A stretch of 39,938 bases of DNA from a virus (lineage: Duplodnaviria; Caudoviricetes), in IMG/VR virus record IMGVR_UViG_3300017560_000159, positions 1-39,938 of that record; one strand, written 5' to 3'. Under the pieces are notes generated by a model that did no database searches, was not told the origin of the DNA, and saw only the letters and a program-made list of their open reading frames with translations. Shown here piece after piece: positions 14,717 through 22,407 of this stretch; the stretch's first letter is position 1, and the number at the start of each line of letters is the position of its first letter. A program made the translations under genes and the position numbers.

Positions 14717-16099
14717 ATGGCAACAAACCTCTTATCAGACCGCGCAGTCCAATCCGCAAAGCCGCAGGACAGAGAATATGAACTCCGTGATGGAGGCGGC
14801 CTGTCCCTCCGCATTAAAAAGGACGGCACCAAGATTTGGGCCTACCGCTACACCACGCTCGACACTAAAAAGCAGGTCCGAGAATACCTAGGATCTTACC
14901 CGGTGCTGAAACTCGCGGACGCGCGGGAAGCCGTCGCGGCGCGGCGGACTCTCGTCGCCAAGAGCATCGACCCGGCACATGCTGCCGCCCTCTTGTCTGA
15001 AGCGAGCGACGCGCCTGCCACGGTGGGCGATCTGTACAAAGTTTGGTACGCCAAGCATGTCGAGCCCAACCGATCCAGCAAGAGCGACAAGGACTCCATA
15101 AACAGCCGATTTGAGATCTACGTCCGGCCGAGAGTTGGCGACATCCCACTGAGCAAAATCCGCCGCGGGCAGCTCATGACGGTAATTGACGCCGCGCGCG
15201 ACGCCAATAAGATGAGAACCGCCAATCTGCTCCTTGGCGAGCTCGGCCAGATGTTCCGTTACGCTGCAGCCCGCGAGTGGATGCAGGGAGACCCAACCGC
15301 TGCCATCACCCGCAAGGATGCCGGCGGCCAGGACAACGAAAGCGAGCGAGTTCTGGACGACACAGAGATTGTCATGTTGCGCGACATCCTCGCAACTCCT
15401 CCAGAATCGAAATCTCGCTACTACACGGCGACGCGGCGCGTCCTGCCGGTGCGCACGGAGTTGGCAGTGTGGTGGACGCTGGCAACGCTCGGCCGTGCCG
15501 TGGAAGTTGCAAGCATCAAGCGCAAAGGCGCGGTCAACCGCAAGGCGGCCACGTGGATCATCCCGGCAGAGGCCTCCAAGAACAAGAAGCCGCACCTGGT
15601 GCATCTAAGTGCATTTGCCCTTGCTGTATGGGAACGGATGTCCAAAATGCCAGGGAACGGGGAGTACCTTTTCGAAGGTCGTGACGGTGGCCATCTGTCG
15701 GAGACGGAAGTGACTCGACGCCTGACCGATCGGCAGACGCGCGCGAAGCCGGTAAAAGGCAGGAAGAACAGCACGGTTCTCGACCTTCCCGGCGGCCATT
15801 GGACTCAGCACGATCTACGCCGAACCGGAGCAACCATCATGGGCGAGTTGGGAATTTCCTCCGATGTCATCGATCTATGCCTAAACCACAAGAAGGCGAA
15901 AAGGACCACCCGGACCTACCAGCGGCAAACCATGCTGCCGCAACGTCAAGAAGCGTTTGATGTTCTAGGCGAACACCTGACAAAATTGCTCGGCGACCCC
16001 ACAGCATGGCTTCCGGTAGAACAATACGCTGACGACACGAAGGGCTTATCTATGAGCGACGCTAATCTTCGAAGTCAGGATACGCGCGGAACGCCCTGA
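14717..16099 (+). CDS. int: Tyrosine integrase (P4-like, arm-binding N-domain)
   Basis: DGGGLSLRI...G.K.W.YRY..LGSYP...LADAR; catalytic R (LGRAVE), K, HDLRRT, LNH, Y. Confidence 0.96.
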   Translation: MATNLLSDRAVQSAKPQDREYELRDGGGLSLRIKKDGTKIWAYRYTTLDTKKQVREYLGSYPVLKLADAREAVAARRTLVAKSIDPAHAAALLSEASDAPATVGDLYKVWYAKHVEPNRSSKSDKDSINSRFEIYVRPRVGDIPLSKIRRGQLMTVIDAARDANKMRTANLLLGELGQMFRYAAAREWMQGDPTAAITRKDAGGQDNESERVLDDTEIVMLRDILATPPESKSRYYTATRRVLPVRTELAVWWTLATLGRAVEVASIKRKGAVNRKAATWIIPAEASKNKKPHLVHLSAFALAVWERMSKMPGNGEYLFEGRDGGHLSETEVTRRLTDRQTRAKPVKGRKNSTVLDLPGGHWTQHDLRRTGATIMGELGISSDVIDLCLNHKKAKRTTRTYQRQTMLPQRQEAFDVLGEHLTKLLGDPTAWLPVEQYADDTKGLSMSDANLRSQDTRGTP

Positions 16100-16152
16100 C
16101 AGCAGTTAAAGTGCGGGCCAACACCGCTAACCTTTCAGGCAACACAAAAAGC

Positions 16153-16929
16153 ATGCAGATACCATCTTGGCTTTCGGATCTTTGGTCCCAGATCCCCGCC
16201 CTACTCTTGGCCGCCGGCGGGGGAAGCGCGCTGACAGTGGGGATGGTTCGCAAGCTTGCAACAAATTGGCTTGACGGACGCTTCAACAAGAACCTGGAGG
16301 TTTTCAAGCACAAGCAAGCGAAGGAGATTCAGCGTTTACGTCTTGAGATAGACGCGCTGCTGAGCGGCGCCATCAAATTACAAGAACGAGAATTCGAAAT
16401 TCTCCCTGAAATTTGGAGCCGGGTCGATGAAGCCACTCGCCTGGTGCGCAGTCTCATTTCCCCTTTCACCCGAGTGGAGGATTTCTCTTTGCTTCCCGAA
16501 GAGGGAATAGTCGAGATAATGAATGAAAGGAAAGTCCCTCAGTACCGGATTTTAGAGATCCTGAATCTGAAACCTGAGCACCGACTTGGCGCGATGCGGC
16601 AGTGGGAGTTCGAGGAGGCATTGCGATTCGCGCGGGATGCCCATCAGCGGTTGCAGGATACCGCGTCGCGCTTCGCTATATTCCTTTCTCCCTCGCTGCG
16701 CGATCTTCTCCAAGATAGCACCCTCCAACTTGGTCTTGTCATCGGCACCAAAGAGGCGCATCGCGGTCGGACTGGCGAATACACCCTGCCGATGGCCACC
16801 TTCGATGAGAAAGTCCTTCCCATCAAGGAAAGACTTCGGGCGGAGATTGCCGGGCGACTTCGGGGGCACGGCATCCGAGAGGAATCCGACGCGCTTCGAT
16901 CTGATGCCGCCAACAGTGCCATGTCGTGA
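16153..16929 (+). CDS. Moron: N-terminally membrane-anchored coiled-coil protein
   Basis: Hydrophobic IPALLLAAGGGSALTVGMV, then charged helices; visibly more AT-rich than the core genes. Confidence 0.75.
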   Translation: MQIPSWLSDLWSQIPALLLAAGGGSALTVGMVRKLATNWLDGRFNKNLEVFKHKQAKEIQRLRLEIDALLSGAIKLQEREFEILPEIWSRVDEATRLVRSLISPFTRVEDFSLLPEEGIVEIMNERKVPQYRILEILNLKPEHRLGAMRQWEFEEALRFARDAHQRLQDTASRFAIFLSPSLRDLLQDSTLQLGLVIGTKEAHRGRTGEYTLPMATFDEKVLPIKERLRAEIAGRLRGHGIREESDALRSDAANSAMS

Positions 16930-17140
16930 CGGAATCTAATTTGCGCGGCGAAAGGCGTAGTTCGAGTTAAGGGCCGGACTCAAACAACGCCAAGCACTGC
17001 GTCCGCTACAACAGTTTGGTGACTGCTAGCCAAAGGAGGCCACGCACAATTCTGATTTCAGCTTTTCCGAGTGTCATTTCGTAAATAATGTGATAATTAA
17101 CGTGTGCTTCACGTGTTAATTGCCCTCTACGAGACACAAA

Positions 17141-17548
17141 ATGAAAAAACTGGCGTTGCTCGTTACCGTGTTGGCCGCTTCCGGCTGTTCGACCTATGAC
17201 ATGGCCCTCATGGACCAGAAAAGCGGAACCACCGGCCGTGGATTCGCAAAATGGAACGGCGCCGACGCCGCGGTCGAGCTAGCCGGCAAGACCTACAACG
17301 GGAAATTCCGATACAGCCCGGATCGGACAATTTCGGTGCCTTCCATCTCGCTGGCGGACAACCTGCCGCCCGCGATGGAGCAAAAGAAAAAGAATCTGGG
17401 ATTTGTGGGCGGCAACGGGACCTTTTTCGCGCGCTCCGCCGACAACAGCGGCCTGCGCTGCGTGTTCGCGCTCAATCCTCGGAACGACATCGGTTCCGGC
17501 GCCTGTATGGACGATGCTGGGGTCATGTATGACCTCCAGATCAACTAA
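17141..17548 (+). CDS. Moron lipoprotein
   Basis: MKKLALLVTVLAASGC lipobox; two further Cys; AT-rich upstream region with TGTGATAAT. Confidence 0.8.
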   Translation: MKKLALLVTVLAASGCSTYDMALMDQKSGTTGRGFAKWNGADAAVELAGKTYNGKFRYSPDRTISVPSISLADNLPPAMEQKKKNLGFVGGNGTFFARSADNSGLRCVFALNPRNDIGSGACMDDAGVMYDLQIN

Positions 17549-17681
17549 GCCAGGTAGTGGCGCCGCTGGTCCGGCGAAAAAACCCCGCTCAGTCAGCGAG
17601 CCACCAAAGCCGACGCCGCTCCTCGCGCTCCTCGACGCCAGCGCCGAGTTGGGCAAGTCCTGTAGAACCGAAGGTCTCTCC

Positions 17682-18014
17682 GTGGCCGGCTGGAGTATCA
17701 ACTTCCAGAAGAAATGCGTTAGCGTGTCCGGCTGGAACGTTCGCCTGGCACCCGTGGAGTTGATGATCTTCGCCCGGCTTCTGGCCGCGCCAGATGTCGT
17801 AATCCGCAGCGGGGAGTTTCACTCGCTGTTGGCCCGATGGAGCGGTGACGCGCAACCAGACGAACTCAACCTGCGGCTTCGCGTGAACATTTCGAAGATG
17901 CGGGCCAAGTTTTCGCGGCACGGGCTCAAGTTGCCGATCATCGCGGTGCCTCGCCAGGGATACAGGTTCTCGCTGGCGCCTGAAGATCAGCCATCGCAGC
18001 CGTCAACAGAGTAG
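17682..18014 (+). CDS. Stand-alone OmpR/PhoB-type winged-helix DNA-binding domain (start uncertain)
   Basis: VRLAPVE..IF..LL..PD.VI...W...LRVNISKMRAKF...IIAVPRQGYRF; candidate starts GTG 17682 or TTG 17649 within ORF 17403..18014. Confidence 0.75.
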   Translation: MAGWSINFQKKCVSVSGWNVRLAPVELMIFARLLAAPDVVIRSGEFHSLLARWSGDAQPDELNLRLRVNISKMRAKFSRHGLKLPIIAVPRQGYRFSLAPEDQPSQPSTE

Positions 18015-18020
18015 CGACGG

Positions 18021-18539
18021 CTATGGCAGACGGGCCTGACATGCTGCCAATTGCGCACTCAGTTGCTGGATGCCGGCCCGGAGGGCGAAATAAGCTGATC
18101 GAGCAGCGGGATCAAGTTCGGGGCGGGCTCCATTACCCACGCGGGCGCCGGCTCCGGCTTCGGGCACTCCACCGCTGGCGGCGGAGCAGTCGGCAGCGAC
18201 GTGCAGCCGCTGGCGGCCAGCATCAACATCAGCCCGAAGGCCTTCATCTTTAGTCTGCGCACTGCGTAACCCTCCATAGGCCGCCCATTCGGCCTTTGCA
18301 TTCCGTTCGTTGATCTCGGCCACTTCGGCGTGTCGCCGCTGCAGGATCTCCCGCGCTTGACGCTGGGCATCGGCCACGCGGCCAGATTCATCCGCCTGCA
18401 TACGCGCAACCTTCGCGCCGTATCGCCATTCCTGCGCCGTCCACGCCGCGCAGCCAACCAGCACCGCGCCAGCCACCGCGGCGGCCGCATACCCACGCCA
18501 TCCGGCCAGGCCGGCGGCAATCTTCTTGACCTCGATCAT
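18021..18539 (-). CDS. Rz: i-spanin
   Basis: N-terminal TM, coiled coil, LRADV.AG..RL.V...C; follows the endolysin. Confidence 0.9.
   Translation of the reverse strand: MIEVKKIAAGLAGWRGYAAAAVAGAVLVGCAAWTAQEWRYGAKVARMQADESGRVADAQRQAREILQRRHAEVAEINERNAKAEWAAYGGLRSAQTKDEGLRADVDAGRQRLHVAADCSAASGGVPEAGAGARVGNGARPELDPAARSAYFALRAGIQQLSAQLAACQARLP
18059..18247 (-). CDS. Rz1: o-spanin lipoprotein embedded in Rz
   Basis: MKAFGLMLMLAASGC lipobox, Pro-rich, PAWVM; alternative frame inside Rz. Confidence 0.85.
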   Translation of the reverse strand: MKAFGLMLMLAASGCTSLPTAPPPAVECPKPEPAPAWVMEPAPNLIPLLDQLISPSGPASSN

Positions 18540-19066
18540 CCGGCCACCTCATCGACCGCCAACGCGTAGTTCCGACTCCACTTCGCGCGGAGTTCTGCGC
18601 GTTGCGCCGGCGTTCCGCGCGCGTAAGCGCCCGGCCGCCAGGTGCGCAGGTACAGCGCCCAAGAGGCCTCTTCGGCGCCCACCTCGGGCAGCGGTAGGGG
18701 ATCCGACCACAGCAGCAAGCGAGCCAGGCCGGCCGCCAGCATGTCGTCGTGCTCGATGGCATCCCAGATGGCGGCGTCGCGCGCCGGCACGCCCCGGACC
18801 TGGTAGAGCTGCGCGGCTGCGGCGCGAGTGGCGGCATGCAGCCGGACGCCGTGCACCATGCCGCCGCCCTGCTCGGCCTGCCAGAAGCTCTTAGCCGGTC
18901 CGGTCGGGCGCGGCGGGTTGCCCACCAGCTGGCGGCGATGCTCGAAGCGCGATTCCTGAAGGCCGATCGCCAGCAACAGGAGGCGCGCTTCGGCCGTATC
19001 CATGCCGGCGGGCAGCAGCGCCAGCGCCGGGTTGATGCCGGCCGCGATGATTTCGGATAGCGTCAT
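18536..19066 (-). CDS. Endolysin (lysozyme-like fold)
   Basis: AIGLQES...RRQ...GPA.SFWQ.E; position between holins and spanins. Confidence 0.8.
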   Translation of the reverse strand: MTLSEIIAAGINPALALLPAGMDTAEARLLLLAIGLQESRFEHRRQLVGNPPRPTGPAKSFWQAEQGGGMVHGVRLHAATRAAAAQLYQVRGVPARDAAIWDAIEHDDMLAAGLARLLLWSDPLPLPEVGAEEASWALYLRTWRPGAYARGTPAQRAELRAKWSRNYALAVDEVAG

Positions 19067-19341
19067 TGCTTCGGGCTCCTGATGTGCTTGGCCGTCACGG
19101 CGGCCACGTAGAAGGCGGCAGAGGCCGCGAGCGCGGCATCGCCTGCGCTGGCCCAGCCAGCCACGAAGATGCGGCAAGCAGCGCCCGTTGCCGTCAGGCA
19201 GACCGCGGACAGGCCGATCCGTTCCAGTGTGGTGTCCTTGATGGCTCGGGCGAACACGGCCAGGCCAGCGCCCCCGGCAACAACCAGCCAGCAGACGAAC
19301 GCGAGAACTGCCCAGAGCGTCAGATAGATGGTGCTGTCCAT
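19063..19341 (-). CDS. Holin/antiholin-like membrane protein
   Basis: Three hydrophobic segments, basic C-terminus, in the lysis cassette. Confidence 0.7.
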   Translation of the reverse strand: MDSTIYLTLWAVLAFVCWLVVAGGAGLAVFARAIKDTTLERIGLSAVCLTATGAACRIFVAGWASAGDAALAASAAFYVAAVTAKHIRSPKQ

Positions 19342-19342
19342 G

Positions 19343-19651
19343 TCATGCCCCCTTGCCGCGCACGCGGTCGATGACTGCCTGCCAAAGCGCGGCGATAGGC
19401 GCGGACTGAACCGCTTCCCAGGCGCGCGAGACGATGGCCATGCCGAACATGCCCATCAGAAAGCCCGCCAGGCCCTCAGGAATGCCCAGCAGGAGCGACA
19501 GGTACGGCGAGGCGTAATAAGCCACCAGCGAGCCGCTGACAGCCATGCTGATGCGCGCCGGCCAACTACCCTGCAGGTAGCGCATGGACACGGCAGCGCC
19601 CAGGACGCCGGCAAACTTTGCCGCGAAGGCGTCGAAGTCTTGAATGTTCAA
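19343..19651 (-). CDS. Holin
   Basis: 102 aa with about three TM segments; RBS AGGAG; first gene of the lysis cassette. Confidence 0.75.
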   Translation of the reverse strand: MNIQDFDAFAAKFAGVLGAAVSMRYLQGSWPARISMAVSGSLVAYYASPYLSLLLGIPEGLAGFLMGMFGMAIVSRAWEAVQSAPIAALWQAVIDRVRGKGA

Positions 19652-19669
19652 TCGCGTCTCCTTGAGACG

Positions 19670-19693
19670 AAAAAAAGCCCGCCGAAGCGGGCT
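19670..19693 (-). terminator. Intrinsic terminator before the lysis cassette
   Basis: AGCCCGC-TTCG-GCGGGCT-TTTTTT. Confidence 0.85.
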
Positions 19694-19717
19694 GATGACC
19701 TGAGGTTTTAGATGCCG

Positions 19718-20146
19718 TTATGCCTTGATGCTCGCGGCCAGGATGAACAGAGCATCGATCTGCGTCTGGGACAGATCCAGCATCACGGCGACGGCGGCCA
19801 ACATTTCGCTATCGCGACGGAACTCCTGCAGGTCGTCCCAGGCCCGGCGATACATAGCAGGCGTCTGCGGGTCCGCAATGATCGCGTCGGCCGCATCAAA
19901 CAGCGTGCCGTCGCCGTAGGGCGTCTGGTGCATGGCTTCGCGGCCTTGGAAGCGTGAGACGACCTGTGGGACAAATTGTTCCGGTTCGGCAGGCGGCGGC
20001 ATTTCGGCGGGTACCAACGACGCCGGCGCGTTCAAACGCTCGCCGTGCGCCGCCCAAAATTCGCGCGCCCCATCGTCTCCTAGCACAATGACGTCATCAT
20101 CAAACTGCCAAAATTGGCCGGTTTCGGTGTCTTGGAATGTTTGCAT
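19718..20146 (-). CDS. Tail fibre assembly/chaperone-like protein
   Basis: Follows the fibre; VSRFQGR.A...W....EFRR.S...L.LS..QID.LF..A. Confidence 0.65.
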   Translation of the reverse strand: MQTFQDTETGQFWQFDDDVIVLGDDGAREFWAAHGERLNAPASLVPAEMPPPAEPEQFVPQVVSRFQGREAMHQTPYGDGTLFDAADAIIADPQTPAMYRRAWDDLQEFRRDSEMLAAVAVMLDLSQTQIDALFILAASIKA

Positions 20147-21169
20147 TTATCGATACTCCTGCCACGCCAAAGCTGATAGCCCGGTACCGGATACGGAATA
20201 AGTAGACCCGGGGGGAACTATGAACGAAACCGCGATTACGCCGCCATTGTATGTTTCGGGCCAAGTGGGCCTCGCTACCATGAGGCCGTCGATATTAACC
20301 AAGTAAGAAATGTTAGTCCCGGCCGCAACGTGGCTAACTGCCACGAGAATAGGCCGGGTCGTGCTATTCGTGTACGTGGTGCCGTTAGCAGCACGACTAG
20401 CCGTTACGTTCTGCCAGCTTTGCGACCGGCCAAACATTTGACCTTCTAGCGTCGTGGCTCGACCCTCCAATGCGGTAGCCCTGCCATCCAATGCCGTTAT
20501 GTCGACCTGTCTCGCGATCTCTTGCCAAGTTCCCCACGAGCCGCCGCCGGCCCCGAACCGCACGCGGACAAACTGGCGGATCACGCCGCCCGTGCCATTG
20601 CGCGTCGTGTACACCTGCGTCACCTGCAGATTTCCCGCTGCCGCTGCGATCACCTCGAGCGTTCCCGCCAGCGTCACCGGCCAGTTAAGCGCCGCAGTGG
20701 CTTGGGCATCCGAGTCGACGTAGTACGGCCCAGGAACCACAAGCGTGTTGGCGTCCGTACCTGCCGCTACAACGGACGCGGCCAAAGGCGTCACGTCCGC
20801 GACCTCGCGCCATTCCGTCCAAGATCCATCGGATAGATACAGCATGCGCCACCAGCGGCGAGCTGTGGATTGACGCATAACGATCTCTTGCACGATCGCG
20901 TTCGCTTGGCCCCTGACGCTGAAAAAGTAAGAGCCGGCCAGCCCCGCCGGCTGATTGGTTTGCGCCACCGTCACGTAAAAATCGCCGAGGGACACCCGCG
21001 CGTTAAGGTCGCCGGCGTCGGCTATCTGGGTGGCGGCCGCATTGATATCTGTGCCGAGGGTCACCATCAGCTCATTGAGCTTGGAGAAGGCGCTTCGGGG
21101 CGATTCCCCACGCCCCCCACCAGGTTGCGGCGTGTCCAGGTCAACCTGATAGGCGGAATAATCAGGCAT
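20147..21169 (-). CDS. Tail fibre / receptor-binding protein
   Basis: N-terminal GES.RSAF.KLN anchor, two knob-like repeats ending W..W, heptad linker, C-terminal QSWQNVT.SR....TYTN.T.RPI domain. Confidence 0.85.
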   Translation of the reverse strand: MPDYSAYQVDLDTPQPGGGRGESPRSAFSKLNELMVTLGTDINAAATQIADAGDLNARVSLGDFYVTVAQTNQPAGLAGSYFFSVRGQANAIVQEIVMRQSTARRWWRMLYLSDGSWTEWREVADVTPLAASVVAAGTDANTLVVPGPYYVDSDAQATAALNWPVTLAGTLEVIAAAAGNLQVTQVYTTRNGTGGVIRQFVRVRFGAGGGSWGTWQEIARQVDITALDGRATALEGRATTLEGQMFGRSQSWQNVTASRAANGTTYTNSTTRPILVAVSHVAAGTNISYLVNIDGLMVARPTWPETYNGGVIAVSFIVPPGSTYSVSGTGLSALAWQEYR

Positions 21170-21347
21170 CGCTTTCTCCGGCGGTGGCGCGGGCGACCTC
21201 TTGCGCCTTGAGCGCGTCAGCCACCGCCTGCCTTGCGATCATGTCCAAACGAGCGGTCAGGCCGTTGATCAGTTCATGCGTCAAACGGTTGCCAGCGTTC
21301 TGAATAAGTACCTGATGGATTTCCTGTTGCATGGTGGCTAAGCCCAT
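21162..21347 (-). CDS. Small hypothetical protein
   Basis: N.GNRLT.ELINGL motif; overlaps the fibre start. Confidence 0.6.
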   Translation of the reverse strand: MGLATMQQEIHQVLIQNAGNRLTHELINGLTARLDMIARQAVADALKAQEVARATAGESDA

Positions 21348-21369
21348 AAAAAAACCGCCCAGAGGCGGT
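21348..21369 (-). terminator. Intrinsic terminator
   Basis: ACCGCC-TCTG-GGCGGT-TTTTTT. Confidence 0.75.
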
Positions 21370-21376
21370 ATGTCGG

Positions 21377-22111
21377 TTAAAGCCCGTTCACGTCAATGAC
21401 CGTGTAGTTCCAGAGCGGTCTGTCAATACGTGGGGCGCTGATGGGATCGTTATAGGGGCCTTGGACACGCGGGGCATTTGCGATGCCCAACGTGTTGCCC
21501 AGTTGCCTGACGCAAGACGCAATCCAGAAGAACATGTAGCCGGGGTTCGGCCCGACCCCCACAGGCACCTCTTCCGTATACGAGCAAAGGTTGCCCTGAA
21601 GGACAGCCGGAACCGTGCCTACCGGCATTGCGTAGGTCAAAAACTGCGGTGGCATGTTGTCCTGGGTCGTCGGAAGATCGGCCCTCGTGCCGCCAAGGCT
21701 GGCCAGATACCGCATGTACTGATTCCGCGAGTCGAAGGAGACAGCCCAATTCGCATTCTTCACACGGAGCCCATAGTCCTGCCCAGCAGGAAACCCGGTC
21801 ACATCCGGCGAAGCGAACACATACCAGTTGATCGTCGCCTGCGATCCTCCAACGATGTAGGAAAGGAACGTCACGGTCATCGTCGTAGCGGTGAACGTCG
21901 CACCCATAACGAAAGATGGGAAGTCCGCTCGCCAGGCAAAGGACGAAGATGAGTTGTAGGGAACGGTGATCGTTGCTGCACGCCAAGATAGGAAGCCGAC
22001 GGCTTGATTCGCCACCGCCACGCCCTTAGCCCACAGCGCCAGATTTTTGTACGTGCTATCGATCTGAGTGATCAACGCGCCGTTTTTAATGCGTACCCCA
22101 AAGTCGGCCAT
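21377..22111 (-). CDS. Tail tip-associated protein
   Basis: Repeated (F/Y)G(V/L)R.KN...(I/F)DS motif typical of genes following J; start MADFG. Confidence 0.7.
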   Translation of the reverse strand: MADFGVRIKNGALITQIDSTYKNLALWAKGVAVANQAVGFLSWRAATITVPYNSSSSFAWRADFPSFVMGATFTATTMTVTFLSYIVGGSQATINWYVFASPDVTGFPAGQDYGLRVKNANWAVSFDSRNQYMRYLASLGGTRADLPTTQDNMPPQFLTYAMPVGTVPAVLQGNLCSYTEEVPVGVGPNPGYMFFWIASCVRQLGNTLGIANAPRVQGPYNDPISAPRIDRPLWNYTVIDVNGL

Positions 22112-22398
22112 CAGCCAATCCTCCCGTAGCCTACGCGGACGGAAACGCGGTTGACTGGCGAGACGAAATACCACGTGAACCCCGCAGCGGTCGCCGAAAT
22201 GATCGGCATGTTCAAGTACCCCGCGATCCCCTCACCGCCTATCGGAAAAAATAGAGGCGTACCGCCGACCAGTTCAGGAAAGCTAATCGAGCCGTCGGCG
22301 GTACCCGTGACGAAGTCCCCCAAGATGCGCGGGAGCGTGGAGGTGTACTGCACCTGAACGGCGCCCGCGGCATCCTTTATCTGAACGCCAAATGCCAT
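22111..22398 (-). CDS. Tail tip-associated protein
   Basis: MAFGVQIKDAAG...; directly after J; RBS GGAGG. Confidence 0.7.
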   Translation of the reverse strand: MAFGVQIKDAAGAVQVQYTSTLPRILGDFVTGTADGSISFPELVGGTPLFFPIGGEGIAGYLNMPIISATAAGFTWYFVSPVNRVSVRVGYGRIG

Positions 22399-22407
22399 CG
22401 CGCCTCC

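Noticed and set aside
16930-17060. c-di-GMP or other riboswitch upstream of the moron lipoprotein
   Set aside because: Hairpins exist but the consensus motifs could not be matched by eye.
19718-22398. Diversity-generating retroelement or invertible tail-fibre cassette
   Set aside because: No reverse transcriptase, no TR/VR duplicate and no invertase seen.
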